This document shows, piece by piece, positions 42,007 to 52,594 of a stretch of 64,000 nucleotides of DNA (positions within the stretch are counted from its first letter, which is position 1; each line of letters starts with the position of its first letter). Under the pieces are notes generated by a model, which was not told where the DNA came from, made no database searches, and saw nothing but the letters and a program-made list of their open reading frames with translations. This DNA is from an uncultured Porphyromonadaceae bacterium (GTDB taxonomy: Bacteria; Bacteroidota; Bacteroidia; Bacteroidales; Barnesiellaceae_A), in contig CALATP010000026.1 of the NCBI GenBank assembly GCA_937891845.1, positions 26,429 to 90,428 of the forward strand, written 5' to 3'. Made by a program: the position numbers and the translations under genes.

Positions 42007-43056
42007 ATGAAAACACAAAATCACCTTGTAATAATGGCCGGTGGCATTGGCAGCCGTTTTTGGCCGATGAGTACTCCCGAGTGTCCCAAACAATTTATCG
42101 ATGTGATGGGCTGTGGTCGTTCTCTCATTCAGCTCACTGTCGACCGCTTTCGTGGCATCTGTGACCCCGACCACGTGTGGGTTGTTACCTCTCAACAGTA
42201 TGTTGCTATTGTCAAAGAGCAGCTCCCCGATGTCCCTGCCGATAATATTTTGGCCGAGCCGTGCCGTCGCAACACAGCTCCTTGTATTGCCTACGTCGCT
42301 TGGAAAATACAACAACGCTTTCCCGATGCCAACATCGTCGTTACGCCTAGCGATGCACTGGTGCTAGACACTGACGAGTTCCGTCGTGTCATCTCTCAAG
42401 CACTCGATTTTACTACACAAGCCGGTCGCATCGTTACAATTGGTATCAAACCATCACGACCCGAGACAGGTTACGGTTACATTGCCGCAGGCAATGCCAT
42501 TGCCGATAGCGAGATTTGCAAGGTCGAGCAATTCAAGGAAAAACCCAATCTCGATACGGCAAAGTCTTATTTGGCTGCTGGTAACTACTTCTGGAATGCC
42601 GGTATTTTTGTGTGGAATGTCGACACTGTGGTCAATGCTATACGTAATTATCAGCCCGATTTGGCCGAGATTTTCGATAACATTGCTCCGGCAATGTACT
42701 CCGATGACGAGGCTGCAGTTATTGCCAACCTTTTCCCCACTTGTCCCAACATATCCATCGACTATGCTGTGATGGAAAAATCACCCGATATATATGTTCA
42801 TCCTGCCGACTTCGGCTGGAGCGACTTGGGTACGTGGGGTTCTTTGCACACTCACTTGGCGCACGATGAGCAAGGCAATGCCACTGTGGGCAACGTTAGT
42901 CTGTTCGATAGTACCAATTGTATCGTTCACGTGCCTCAAAATCGTCGTGTCGTTGTGCAAGGTCTGGATGGATATATTGTTGCCGAGAAAGACAACACCT
43001 TGCTTATCTGTCGTTTGGCCGATGAGCAACGCATCAAAGACTTTTCTGCCGAGTAA
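42007..43056 (+). CDS. manC: mannose-1-phosphate guanylyltransferase
   Basis: IMAGGIGSRFWPMS, GYGYI, NYFWNAGIFVW. Confidence 0.9.
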   Translation: MKTQNHLVIMAGGIGSRFWPMSTPECPKQFIDVMGCGRSLIQLTVDRFRGICDPDHVWVVTSQQYVAIVKEQLPDVPADNILAEPCRRNTAPCIAYVAWKIQQRFPDANIVVTPSDALVLDTDEFRRVISQALDFTTQAGRIVTIGIKPSRPETGYGYIAAGNAIADSEICKVEQFKEKPNLDTAKSYLAAGNYFWNAGIFVWNVDTVVNAIRNYQPDLAEIFDNIAPAMYSDDEAAVIANLFPTCPNISIDYAVMEKSPDIYVHPADFGWSDLGTWGSLHTHLAHDEQGNATVGNVSLFDSTNCIVHVPQNRRVVVQGLDGYIVAEKDNTLLICRLADEQRIKDFSAE

Positions 43057-43120
43057 TCTCCGATTTCTCCCTTTTATATTCAATCGGTAATATTGTATAA
43101 CCTTCGTAATAAGCCTCTCT

Positions 43121-44086
43121 ATGCGCATACTCATCACCGGCATACACGGTTTTGTTGCTTCGCATCTCATTAAGGTTTTATGGCAACGACACGTTATTTA
43201 CGGTTTGTCTACTTCATTACAACCTATCAAGTTTGTCGAGCGTATATACCTTTGGGACGAGATACAACAACTCCCGCAGGTCGATGTCGTGATACACTTG
43301 GCTGCCATAGCTCACGATGTCAACAATAATGCCCGTGCAGGACTCTATAAAGAGGTCAATCACACACTCACTTGTCGCATTTACGATTGGTTTGAAAAGT
43401 CGACTGCTACTAAGTTTATCTTCTTCTCTTCTGTCAAGGCTGTTGTCGATGCCCCCGGAGATGATGTTGTGACCGAAGAAACAATTCCTTCTCCTGTTGG
43501 CAACTACGGTAAGACCAAGCGTGAGGCCGAAGAATATCTGATTAGCAAGTCGCATATGTTAGATACTCCCGTTGCTGTACAGTCATCCGATAAGTTGGTA
43601 TACATACTGCGCCCATCTATGATATATGGCGAGGGCAATAAAGGTAATCTCAATTTGCTATACAACATTGTTCGTCGAGGCATTCCCTATCCGTTGGGTG
43701 CATTTTCCAACAATCGCACATTTACAGCCATCGAGAATGTTACCTTTGTCGTCGACCAACTTATTTCCCATTTTATACCCTCCGGTATATATAATGTATG
43801 CGACGACGATAGCATTTCTACCAACCGTTTGGTCGAGATTATGTGTCAAGTGTTGAGAAAGAAACCGTGTATATTATATTGGGACAAGGAGAGAGTGAGG
43901 TGCTTGGCTCGTTGGGGTGGTTGGCTTCATTTGCCACTCAATCCCAATCGACTCAGTAAACTCACCGAGAACTATCGCGTGAGCAACAAAAAAATTTTGC
44001 AAGCATTGGAAATTGACTCTATGCCTGTTTCGGTATTCGAGGCGATGGCAAGAACCATACAAAGTTTTGAAAACAATAACAAATAG
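43121..44086 (+). CDS. NAD-dependent epimerase/dehydratase-family protein
   Basis: [14 protein letters not shown] Rossmann motif and YGKTKREAE (YxxxK). Substrate unknown. Confidence 0.75.
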   Translation: MRILITGIHGFVASHLIKVLWQRHVIYGLSTSLQPIKFVERIYLWDEIQQLPQVDVVIHLAAIAHDVNNNARAGLYKEVNHTLTCRIYDWFEKSTATKFIFFSSVKAVVDAPGDDVVTEETIPSPVGNYGKTKREAEEYLISKSHMLDTPVAVQSSDKLVYILRPSMIYGEGNKGNLNLLYNIVRRGIPYPLGAFSNNRTFTAIENVTFVVDQLISHFIPSGIYNVCDDDSISTNRLVEIMCQVLRKKPCILYWDKERVRCLARWGGWLHLPLNPNRLSKLTENYRVSNKKILQALEIDSMPVSVFEAMARTIQSFENNNK

Positions 44087-44091
44087 ATGAT

Positions 44092-45165
44092 ATGAAGAAA
44101 GCTCTTATTACAGGAATTACAGGACAAGACGGATCGTTTTTGGCCGAATTCTTGTTGGAAAAAGGTTACGAAGTACACGGACTTTTACGACGTAGCTCCT
44201 CTTTCAATACGGCTCGCATCGAGCATCTTTACCTCGATGAGTGGGTAAGAGATATGAAAAAACAACGTCTCATCAATCTTCATTATGCCGATATGACCGA
44301 CTCTTCGTCGCTCATTCGTGTCATACAAATGATTAAGCCCGACGAAATATATAACCTCGCTGCTCAAAGCCACGTGAAGGTGAGTTTTGATGTGCCCGAG
44401 TACACCGCAGAGGTCGATGCTGTCGGTACACTGAGGTTGCTCGAAGCTGTGCGTATTCTTGGCCTCGAACATAAGTGCCGCTTATATCAAGCATCTACAA
44501 GCGAACTGTTTGGTAAGGTTCAAGAAGTACCTCAAAAGGAGACTACGCCTTTCTATCCCCGCTCTCCCTATGGCGTGGCTAAGCAGTATGGCTTTTGGAT
44601 TACAAAGAACTATCGTGAAGCCTATGGTATGTTTGCTGTCAACGGTATTCTATTCAATCACGAGAGTGAGCGACGTGGTGAAAATTTTGTTACTCGTAAG
44701 ATTACTTTGGCGGCTGCTCGCATTGCGCAAGGTTATCAAGACAAGCTATATTTGGGAAATCTCAACTCCCTGCGCGACTGGGGATATGCGCGTGATTATG
44801 TCGAGTGTATGTGGCTTATGTTGCAACACGAGACTCCCGAGGACTTTGTCATTGCTACCGGCGAGTATCATACCGTTCGTGAATTTTGCGCTTTGGCCTT
44901 TAAGCACGTAGGTATTGAACTGCGTTGGGAAGGCGATGGCGTCGACGAAAAAGGTATTGATTGTGCTACCGGAAAGGTTCTAGTCGAGGTTGATCCCCGT
45001 TTCTTCCGTCCCACCGAGGTCGAGCAATTATTGGGCGATCCTACCAAAGCCAAGACTTTGCTAGGTTGGAATCCCTGCAAAACTCCCTTTGAAGAGTTGG
45101 TGCGCATTATGGTGATGCACGATATGAAGTTTGTCAAGAAATTGCATAATAAAGACAACTGCTGA
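44092..45165 (+). CDS. gmd: GDP-mannose 4,6-dehydratase
   Basis: [41 protein letters not shown]. Confidence 0.95.
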   Translation: MKKALITGITGQDGSFLAEFLLEKGYEVHGLLRRSSSFNTARIEHLYLDEWVRDMKKQRLINLHYADMTDSSSLIRVIQMIKPDEIYNLAAQSHVKVSFDVPEYTAEVDAVGTLRLLEAVRILGLEHKCRLYQASTSELFGKVQEVPQKETTPFYPRSPYGVAKQYGFWITKNYREAYGMFAVNGILFNHESERRGENFVTRKITLAAARIAQGYQDKLYLGNLNSLRDWGYARDYVECMWLMLQHETPEDFVIATGEYHTVREFCALAFKHVGIELRWEGDGVDEKGIDCATGKVLVEVDPRFFRPTEVEQLLGDPTKAKTLLGWNPCKTPFEELVRIMVMHDMKFVKKLHNKDNC

Positions 45166-45166
45166 A

Positions 45167-46246
45167 ATGGATAAAAATGCCAAAATTTACGTTGCCGGGC
45201 ATCGTGGACTTGTTGGTTCGGCTATTTGGAACAATCTGTTGAGCAAGGGATATACCAACCTCGTTGGTCGCACTCACTCCGAGCTCGATTTGCTCGATGC
45301 GGTCGCAGTTCGTAACTTCTTCGATGAACAGCTACCCGAATATGTTATTCTGGCCGCTGCTCACGTCGGTGGCATTATGGCCAATAATACATACCGTGCC
45401 GACTTTATTTACGAAAACCTTCAGATTCAACAGAATGTGATAGGGGAGAGTTTCCGTCACAATGTCAAGAAACTGCTTTTTCTGGGCAGTACCTGCATAT
45501 ATCCCCGCGAAGCTCCCCAACCTATGAGCGAAGATACACTGCTCACATCGCCACTGGAATATACCAACGAGCCCTATGCCATTGCCAAGATTGCAGGTCT
45601 CAAACTTTGCGAAAGTTTCAACATCCAGTATGGTACCAACTATATTGCAGTGATGCCCACCAACCTCTATGGCCCGCGTGACAATTTTCATCTCGAAAAC
45701 AGTCACGTCTTGCCGGCAATGATTCGTAAAATTCATCTCGGACAACAACTCTTTGCCGGCAATTGGGATGCCGTTCGTGCCGACCTCAATCTGCGTCCTG
45801 TCGAGCAAGTTGACGGCTCAGCTTCGCAAGACGATATTATACGCATCCTAGCCAAGTATGGCATCACTTCTTCAGCTGTCACTCTATGGGGGACAGGCAC
45901 TCCGGTGCGTGAATTCCTTTGGAGTGAAGAGATGGCCGATGCGTCAGTTTTTGTGTTGGAAAATGTCAACTTCTCCGACACCTATTCTCCTCTACAACGC
46001 GAGGTTCGCAACTGTCATATCAATATCGGTACCGGCAAGGAAATCTCTATTCGTGATGTTGCCAACCTCATTGTCAGCACAATAGGTTATCAAGGCGAGT
46101 TACGTTTCGATGCATCGAAACCCGATGGTACAATGCGCAAGCTCACCGATGTATCCAAGTTGCACCGACTGGGATGGCATCACTCTATCGAAATTGAAGA
46201 TGGTGTAGAGCGACTGTATAAGTGGTATTTACAAGGCGAAATATAA
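45167..46246 (+). CDS. fcl: GDP-L-fucose synthase
   Basis: IYVAGHRGLVGSA, LFLGSTCIYP, YAIAKIAG. Confidence 0.95.
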   Translation: MDKNAKIYVAGHRGLVGSAIWNNLLSKGYTNLVGRTHSELDLLDAVAVRNFFDEQLPEYVILAAAHVGGIMANNTYRADFIYENLQIQQNVIGESFRHNVKKLLFLGSTCIYPREAPQPMSEDTLLTSPLEYTNEPYAIAKIAGLKLCESFNIQYGTNYIAVMPTNLYGPRDNFHLENSHVLPAMIRKIHLGQQLFAGNWDAVRADLNLRPVEQVDGSASQDDIIRILAKYGITSSAVTLWGTGTPVREFLWSEEMADASVFVLENVNFSDTYSPLQREVRNCHINIGTGKEISIRDVANLIVSTIGYQGELRFDASKPDGTMRKLTDVSKLHRLGWHHSIEIEDGVERLYKWYLQGEI

Positions 46247-47166
46247 TATCCTACTTTCTAGGCAATCTTTTTATTAACACACAAAATCATCAAACTTTGG
46301 CCTACATTACACTACTTCGCCCGCAACAATGGTGCAAAAACCTCTTCATCTTTTTGCCCATATTTTTTGCTCAAGCCATTACCGATTACAATCGTTTGTT
46401 GGCTTGTGTGATAGCGTTTGTCGCTATGTGTATGATTAGTAGCAGTATATACATTCTCAATGATATCTGCGATCGCGATTACGACCGACTGCATCCGGTC
46501 AAGTCGCAACGACCCATCGCATCAGGACGTGTTTCGTTACCCGGTGCGTGGTGTATGTATACCTTCTTGTTGATTTTGGCTGTTGCACTTGTCGCCGCTT
46601 TTATTCCCAAGCAGTCTCTCATTGTCACGTTCTTGATATATTGGGTACTCAATCACGCTTACTCGTTATGGCTCAAGCATATAGCACTGCTCGACGTAAT
46701 GATTGTTGCGATAGGTTTTGTCTTGCGCATTCTGGTTGGAGCTTTTGCCGCCGATGTCACTCCCTCTCATTGGATTATCATTATGACCTACCTGTTGGCG
46801 CTATTTTTGGTTCTTGCCAAGCGACGTGATGATGTTATCAAATACGAGCAATCGCAGACCTCTCTACGACGCAATGTGCAGTATTACAACCGAGCTTTTC
46901 TCGACAACGCCATTACATTGGTTGCTGCTGTCACACTTGTCAGTTACATAATGTACACAGTCGATGATGCAATCATTGAACGATTTGATTGTCATTATGT
47001 TTATGCCACTGCCATATTTGTTTTGGCCGGATTACTCCGCTATCTCCAACTCACCATCGTTGAAGAAAACAGCGGTAGCCCCACTAAAATCATCATTCGC
47101 GATCGCTTTATGCGACTTTGTGTCATCGGGTGGATTTTACTCTTTGCATTCATTATATATGGATAA
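46222..47166 (+). CDS. UbiA-family prenyltransferase, decaprenyl-phosphate phosphoribosyltransferase-like
   Basis: Polytopic membrane protein with the NDICDRDYDRLHPVKSQRPIASG motif. Start is uncertain (GTG 46222 overlaps fcl; an in-frame TTG lies near 46294). Confidence 0.7.
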   Translation: MVFTRRNIISYFLGNLFINTQNHQTLAYITLLRPQQWCKNLFIFLPIFFAQAITDYNRLLACVIAFVAMCMISSSIYILNDICDRDYDRLHPVKSQRPIASGRVSLPGAWCMYTFLLILAVALVAAFIPKQSLIVTFLIYWVLNHAYSLWLKHIALLDVMIVAIGFVLRILVGAFAADVTPSHWIIIMTYLLALFLVLAKRRDDVIKYEQSQTSLRRNVQYYNRAFLDNAITLVAAVTLVSYIMYTVDDAIIERFDCHYVYATAIFVLAGLLRYLQLTIVEENSGSPTKIIIRDRFMRLCVIGWILLFAFIIYG

Positions 47167-47788
47167 ACCCACACTTGCACTTTTCGACTTCGACGGGACT
47201 CTCACACTTTCCGACACACTCCCGCTCTTTATGCGGCACGCTACCGGATGGGGAGGAATGTTATGTTCTATGCTGTCGGTCTTGCCGGCGATGTCTATTC
47301 TGGCTTGCAACGGTTGGAAGTCGATAGGTAATATCAGTGCCGGAGCAACCAAAGAAAAACTCCTGCATCGTTGTTTCAAGGGCAAGGCGCTGCAAGAGGT
47401 CGAGCCTATATGTACATCCTTTGCATCCACAATCGATACCGTCGTTGCACGTTCGGTATACGACTCTATGTTGAGTCACATCGAGCAAGGACACACCGTA
47501 GTCATTGTGTCGGCAAGTGTCGACAAGTGGATATTACCGTGGGCTTCACAGCTGGGAGTAAGCGAAGTGATAGCCACACAACTACAAGTTGTCGACGACA
47601 AGTACACTGGCCGATTTATGGGTAAAAACTGCAACGGCGAAGAAAAAGTACGTCGCATTGCCGAGCGATACTCTCCACACGATTATCACATCATTGCCTA
47701 CGGTAATAGCAGTGGTGACTATCCAATGTTCGATTTTGCTCACCAAGCATTCCTTTGTAACAAAGGGAACATCACACAATACAAGTAA
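47159..47788 (+). CDS. HAD-IB-family phosphatase
   Basis: LFDFDGTLT motif I, VVIVSAS, GNSSGD. ATG overlaps the stop of the UbiA-like gene. Confidence 0.75.
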   Translation: MDKPTLALFDFDGTLTLSDTLPLFMRHATGWGGMLCSMLSVLPAMSILACNGWKSIGNISAGATKEKLLHRCFKGKALQEVEPICTSFASTIDTVVARSVYDSMLSHIEQGHTVVIVSASVDKWILPWASQLGVSEVIATQLQVVDDKYTGRFMGKNCNGEEKVRRIAERYSPHDYHIIAYGNSSGDYPMFDFAHQAFLCNKGNITQYK

Positions 47789-47790
47789 TT

Positions 47791-48774
47791 ATGCAAGCAC
47801 AACTATATCTCCCCATACTTATACTCACACTCTTCATCATCGAAGAGTGCTACTTCCTCATTGCGCATAAGTTCAACATCAATGATCGTATCACACAACG
47901 CGGGTCAAACAACAACATCATAATCTGTGGTGGAGGTATTATATTTTGGATTGCAACGCTATTCTATTACCTCGCTAATGTCGAGACATTGGCTGCGAAT
48001 AGTTACTTTTTCATTGCCCTTACACTCATCAGTGCAGTAAGTTTCATCGACGATATTAAAGAAGTACGATATATATACAGGCTTGTTGTTCAGTTTATTG
48101 CGGTAGCATTGCTCTTCTTGCAGTGGCAACTTCCCGACATTATCCAATGGTGGTATATACTTCCGCTGTTCATCGTGGCAGTAGGTATTATCAATGCATA
48201 CAACTTTATGGACGGTGTAAACGGTATGACAGCAGCCTATTCAATACAGCTGCTTGTTACACTCTCATACATCAATCAGTTCAGGCTCGATACACCCTTT
48301 ATTGACCCCACACTGCTACACACCATAACCTTTGCAGTACTCGTCTTTGCATTTTACAACTTCCGCACCAATGCACGATGCCTTGCCGGTGATGTAGGTT
48401 CCATATCCATTGCCTTCATCATACTATACCTATTGGGTACACTCATCATCACGACAGGCAACTTTGCCTACATTGCGTTACTCTTGGTATATGGCATCGA
48501 TACAGTACTCACCATCATACACCGACTTATACTGCGCGAAAACATATCACAACCACATCGCAAGCACATATATCAAATACTCGCCAACGAGCTGCATTGG
48601 AAGCATCTCGCAGTAGCGACACTCTACGCATCCATTCAGCTGCTCATCACAGTAGGGCTGCTCACCATACCCGCGCAATACACGTACATATACCTTGCGG
48701 CAACAACCATCATCCTATCAGCTGCCTACATCTTCTTCATCCGCAAGTACTTCCACCTGCACACACAACGCTAG
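47791..48774 (+). CDS. MraY/WecA-family polyprenyl-phosphate sugar-1-phosphate transferase (GT4 membrane family)
   Basis: About 10-TM protein with the NAYNFMDGVNGM motif. Starts 3 nt after the HAD gene stop. Confidence 0.8.
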   Translation: MQAQLYLPILILTLFIIEECYFLIAHKFNINDRITQRGSNNNIIICGGGIIFWIATLFYYLANVETLAANSYFFIALTLISAVSFIDDIKEVRYIYRLVVQFIAVALLFLQWQLPDIIQWWYILPLFIVAVGIINAYNFMDGVNGMTAAYSIQLLVTLSYINQFRLDTPFIDPTLLHTITFAVLVFAFYNFRTNARCLAGDVGSISIAFIILYLLGTLIITTGNFAYIALLLVYGIDTVLTIIHRLILRENISQPHRKHIYQILANELHWKHLAVATLYASIQLLITVGLLTIPAQYTYIYLAATTIILSAAYIFFIRKYFHLHTQR

Positions 48775-48997
48775 TCCATCATTAATCATTAGTTATCTTC
48801 ATCTTCCCTCTATATCCACCGGGTATTGAGGGGTGTTTTGTCACATCCATTCCTCTCATAGTGGCAATTCAAGTTCCCATTTCATTTCCTTTTTTACTAT
48901 ATATTCCCTTTATTAACTATATTCTCTTATATCGTTGATAATCAATAAAAAATCCAATCGCAATAGATATATTTAATTATTTCGTAACTTTGAAAAA

Positions 48998-49260
48998 GTT
49001 ATATTTATTCCATTAGTTTCTGGCAAAGGATAAATCATAATTATAGCAACTGATTTTATAAACCCCATTGGGGCATAATCCAATGTTGATGAGTTGGGTA
49101 TGCGTGAGATGCAACTAGTGTTAAATAAAATTACGTTGATTGAGAAAGTTTAAGAAGGCATACTATGATGTAACACTGCACGCGCTGATAACAGAAGAGT
49201 CGTGTCATATACACTCAAAGGGCTAGCCCCGGCTGTATTGGTCTAGCCCTTTGATGTTTT
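48998..49260 (+). ncRNA. candidate orphan non-coding transcript (class unknown)
   Basis: TAACTTTG -7 box at 48985-48992 and a plus-oriented hairpin plus T-tract at 49215-49260. The roughly 260 nt between them contains no ORF of 60 codons or more. Confidence 0.25.
49215..49254 (+). terminator. intrinsic terminator-like hairpin
   Basis: tcaaagggctag / ctagccctttga 12-bp perfect stem with a 16-nt loop, followed by tgttttcaattt on the plus strand. It could also stop the convergent minus-strand gene. Confidence 0.55.
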
Positions 49261-49334
49261 CAATTTAAGATTTTATTGTGGATTTTTGTCCACATTACCT
49301 ATTTTTGAGATAGACTAATAGTTTTACTATCGGT

Positions 49335-49706
49335 TTACTCAAATATAAGTTGGCCTTTGATGTCGCCTTTGATGTTGTTGATAACCATTGTGATGGCGCG
49401 TTTCGAGGCTTCTTCTTCACACTCTTCTACTTCTATGTATAGCTTGGCAAGGAAGGCTTTGCTCTCGATGCAATAAAGATTATCGGCCACTCGGGTAGCA
49501 TTTACTTCATAACTGCGAGCGCGTACTTGTGCGGGCAATAGAGTCATCTTCACACCGCATACCTTGTTGTCACTGGTTACCACACGCCACGTCGATGGGG
49601 TGTTTTCTCTTGCATCGTGATATACACCGATGATGTTGTAGGCTGTTTGGGCATTCACTGCAAAGCATCCTAGGAGGAGTGTTGCAATAATAAGTAATTT
49701 TTTCAT
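49335..49706 (-). CDS. small secreted hypothetical protein
   Basis: 123 aa with a signal peptide (MKKLLIIATLLLGCFAVNAQ). No recognisable motif. Confidence 0.55.
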   Translation of the reverse strand: MKKLLIIATLLLGCFAVNAQTAYNIIGVYHDARENTPSTWRVVTSDNKVCGVKMTLLPAQVRARSYEVNATRVADNLYCIESKAFLAKLYIEVEECEEEASKRAITMVINNIKGDIKGQLIFE

Positions 49707-49802
49707 CTCTCTAATATTTGCTATTTGTTATTGATTTCTAGTGTGTTATGATTTGTGTTTCTCTCGGCTTGTCACTGTGGGGTGTGCTTGTAGCATTTTT
49801 TT

Positions 49803-50549
49803 CTATCGCTTTATTTTTATCTCATCCAGCGAGGTATCTCCACAAAGAGTGTTGAGGTCGACATCACCTTTTATGCCGTTGATGCGTCCGCGGCAGCTGT
49901 ATTGCCATATTGTGAGCGGATGTTTGTCGTGCAGGCGAGGGGTGAGTTTCAATTTGAATATCCCATATCTTGCTATCCACAGGTTGTTATTATTGAGTGT
50001 TCCTTTGAAAACGTCGTTGTAGAAACCTTGATGGGTGTAAATGATGGGAACTACGTTCCAATTGCGACTAATGATTTCGACAAACTTCTGCACGCTGTCG
50101 CGTATTTGTTTGTTGGTCATTTTGGACTTTTCTTCCACATCTATTACCGGTATGAGGTCTTGTGTAGAACGATTTACAACACTCATAAAGTTGCGATATT
50201 GTTTCTCTACCGGTATGTTGGGGTGGAAGTAGTGGTAGCTGCCTATGGGAATGCCAGCGGCTCGGGCTTGCATCACGTTGCGTTGGTACAAGGGGTCGTG
50301 ATAACTTTCTCCCTCGGTAGCCTTGATGTAAGCATACTTTACATTACCCTCTTGAGCTATGGCAATCCAGTCAATGTCACCTTGATGATGCGAAATGTCT
50401 ATGCCTTGTTTTTCCCAGTTGCCACAATCGCCTATGTTGTCACCCCGCAAGAAAAATATCACAGTGACAGCCACAAGTATAGCGATGGCAATAAATGCTA
50501 TCGTGTAGATGTGAGTCTGCTTCTTTTTATTTTTCTTTCTTTTTTTCAT
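49803..50549 (-). CDS. glycoside hydrolase family 25 lysozyme (muramidase) with N-terminal membrane anchor
   Basis: GIDISHHQGDIDW...YAYIKATEG...GSYHYF GH25 motifs. Lys-rich N-terminus plus one TM helix. ATG 50582 is an alternative start. Confidence 0.8.
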   Translation of the reverse strand: MKKRKKNKKKQTHIYTIAFIAIAILVAVTVIFFLRGDNIGDCGNWEKQGIDISHHQGDIDWIAIAQEGNVKYAYIKATEGESYHDPLYQRNVMQARAAGIPIGSYHYFHPNIPVEKQYRNFMSVVNRSTQDLIPVIDVEEKSKMTNKQIRDSVQKFVEIISRNWNVVPIIYTHQGFYNDVFKGTLNNNNLWIARYGIFKLKLTPRLHDKHPLTIWQYSCRGRINGIKGDVDLNTLCGDTSLDEIKIKR

Positions 50550-50618
50550 TGTTATATAGGGTTGTGACTGAGCAGAAGGCAATGTAGTGGTGTCGGCTGT
50601 CGTAATTCTATACAGCCT

Positions 50619-51047
50619 TTACGAGCAGAGGTTGTCTATCGTAATGGTGCGCGAGTTGTCATCGTTGACAGTGATGCGCACCGCAACGGTGTCGTCAGGC
50701 AGTAGCGAGTCGATATTCTCGGGCCATTCTATAAAGCACACATTACCACTATCAAAGTAGTCTTGACAGCCCATATCCAGAGCCTCGACAATCTTGTTGA
50801 TGCGATAACAGTCAAAGTGATATATCGTGTCGCCTTGTCCGGTCATATACTCGTTGACAATGGCAAATGTAGGGCTGTTGATGACATCTTCTACGCCCAA
50901 TTCTTCACACACAGCCTTGATGAAAGTTGTCTTTCCGGCTCCCATATTGCCATAAAAAGCAAAGATGGTATTATTGCCGATGATATCGATAAACTCTCGG
51001 GCTGCTTGTTGTATGTGGTCGATATTTTTTATTTCTATGGTGTGCAT
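50619..51047 (-). CDS. tsaE: tRNA t6A37 biosynthesis ATPase TsaE
   Basis: [16 protein letters not shown]-loop, [16 protein letters not shown]. Confidence 0.9.
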   Translation of the reverse strand: MHTIEIKNIDHIQQAAREFIDIIGNNTIFAFYGNMGAGKTTFIKAVCEELGVEDVINSPTFAIVNEYMTGQGDTIYHFDCYRINKIVEALDMGCQDYFDSGNVCFIEWPENIDSLLPDDTVAVRITVNDDNSRTITIDNLCS

Positions 51048-52594
51048 TATTTCTTGGGTGTGAGGGTTACAAGCGGTATCATCATTTCTTCAAGCGAGAT
51101 ACCACCGTGCTGGAATGTGTTTTTATAATAGCCTACATAATAATTATAGTTATTGGGGTAGGCAAAGAAGTCACGATTGGTGGCAAACACGTATGTAGAG
51201 CTGATATTGGGCGAGGGTAGGCCGTAGAGTTTGGGATTTTTTATCTCATACACCTGCTTGGTGTTGTAACTGAGCGATTTGCCTACTTTATATCGCAAGT
51301 TGGTGTTGGTGTTGCGATCGCCTATCACTTTGATGGGGTTATCTACGTGTACCGTACCGTGGTCGGTTGTGAGAATGACTTTATAACCGCTATCGGCTAT
51401 TTTCTTGAATAGGTCGATGGCCGACGAGTGGCGGAACCACGACTCGGTAAGGGAACGATAAGCCGCCTCGGTCGATGCCAATTCGCGTATCATCTTCGAC
51501 TCGGTGCGTGCGTGCGAGAGCATATCAATAAAGTTGAGTATGCACACGTTGAGGGGTTTCTCGGTGAGTCGCCCGAAGTTTTGCAGCATTCGTTCACCGT
51601 ACGCATTTTCGTTTATTTTGTTGTATGTAAACTCATATCTCTTGCGGTAACGATCGAGCTGAGTCTGTATCAAAGGTTCTTCGTTGAGGTTTTTTCCCTC
51701 TTCTTCATCTTCATCTACCCACAAGTTGGGAAACATTTCGGCTATCTTATTGGGCATTAAGCCCGAGAAGATAGCATTGCGGGCATATTGGGTTGCTGTG
51801 GGCAGAATACTGCAATATAACTCTTCCTCGGCAGTGAAGTAGTTGCTGATAATAGGCTGTATGATGCGCCATTGGTCCAGACGGAAATTATCAATGAGGA
51901 TAAAAAAGAGTTTCTCACCATTGTCGAGCATTGGGAATACACGCTTTTTGAAAATCTCGTGACTCATAAGCGGGTGTTGCTCGGTCGTAATCCACTCCTC
52001 ATAGTTTTTCTTGACAAACTTGGTAAAAGCCGCGTTGGCTTCTATCTTTTGCATCCTCAGCAATTCGTCCATATTGGTTGTCTCGGCGTGGGTTATTTCC
52101 ATATCCCAGAATACCAACTTGCGGTATACTTCATTCCAATCTTCCCACGATGCCGAGTCGTTGATGAGCATACCGATACGGTTGAATTCCTGCTGATAGT
52201 TGCTGGTTGTCTCGTCCGAGATGATTTCGCGACTATGCAGATTTTTCTTTATCGAAAGAAATATCTGATTGGGGTTGACCGGTTTGATGAGATAATCGGC
52301 TATTTTGTTACCGATAGCTTGGTTCATAATATCTTCTTCCTCGCTTTTGGTAATCATAATTACCGGTATCTCGGGTCGAGTCTCCTTGATGCGACTGAGG
52401 GTTTCCAATCCGCTCAGTCCGGGCATATTCTCGTCGAGGATAATAAGGTCAAAGAGTTGCGTCTCGCACAGCTCGAGGGCATCCAATCCACTCGAAACAG
52501 TCGTGAGGTCATATCCTTTCTGTGTGAGAAAAAGGATGTGCGGCTTGAGTAGGTCTATCTCGTCGTCAGCCCACAATATCGTCGGTCTCTTCAT
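51047..52594 (-). CDS. porX: response regulator with PglZ (alkaline-phosphatase-like) output domain, PorX-like
   Basis: Receiver domain ([11 protein letters not shown]...[12 protein letters not shown]...IMITKS) followed by a PglZ-type domain ([14 protein letters not shown]). ATG 52594 overlaps the upstream gene by 29 nt. Confidence 0.75.
   Translation of the reverse strand: MKRPTILWADDEIDLLKPHILFLTQKGYDLTTVSSGLDALELCETQLFDLIILDENMPGLSGLETLSRIKETRPEIPVIMITKSEEEDIMNQAIGNKIADYLIKPVNPNQIFLSIKKNLHSREIISDETTSNYQQEFNRIGMLINDSASWEDWNEVYRKLVFWDMEITHAETTNMDELLRMQKIEANAAFTKFVKKNYEEWITTEQHPLMSHEIFKKRVFPMLDNGEKLFFILIDNFRLDQWRIIQPIISNYFTAEEELYCSILPTATQYARNAIFSGLMPNKIAEMFPNLWVDEDEEEGKNLNEEPLIQTQLDRYRKRYEFTYNKINENAYGERMLQNFGRLTEKPLNVCILNFIDMLSHARTESKMIRELASTEAAYRSLTESWFRHSSAIDLFKKIADSGYKVILTTDHGTVHVDNPIKVIGDRNTNTNLRYKVGKSLSYNTKQVYEIKNPKLYGLPSPNISSTYVFATNRDFFAYPNNYNYYVGYYKNTFQHGGISLEEMMIPLVTLTPKK

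Noticed and set aside
51047-52594. PglZ domain as a sign of a BREX or other phage-defence system
   Set aside because: The PglZ domain is fused to a CheY-like receiver domain (PorX architecture). No BREX partners (PglX methyltransferase, BrxC ATPase, BrxL) are nearby, and the neighbours are tsaE and a TPR lipoprotein.
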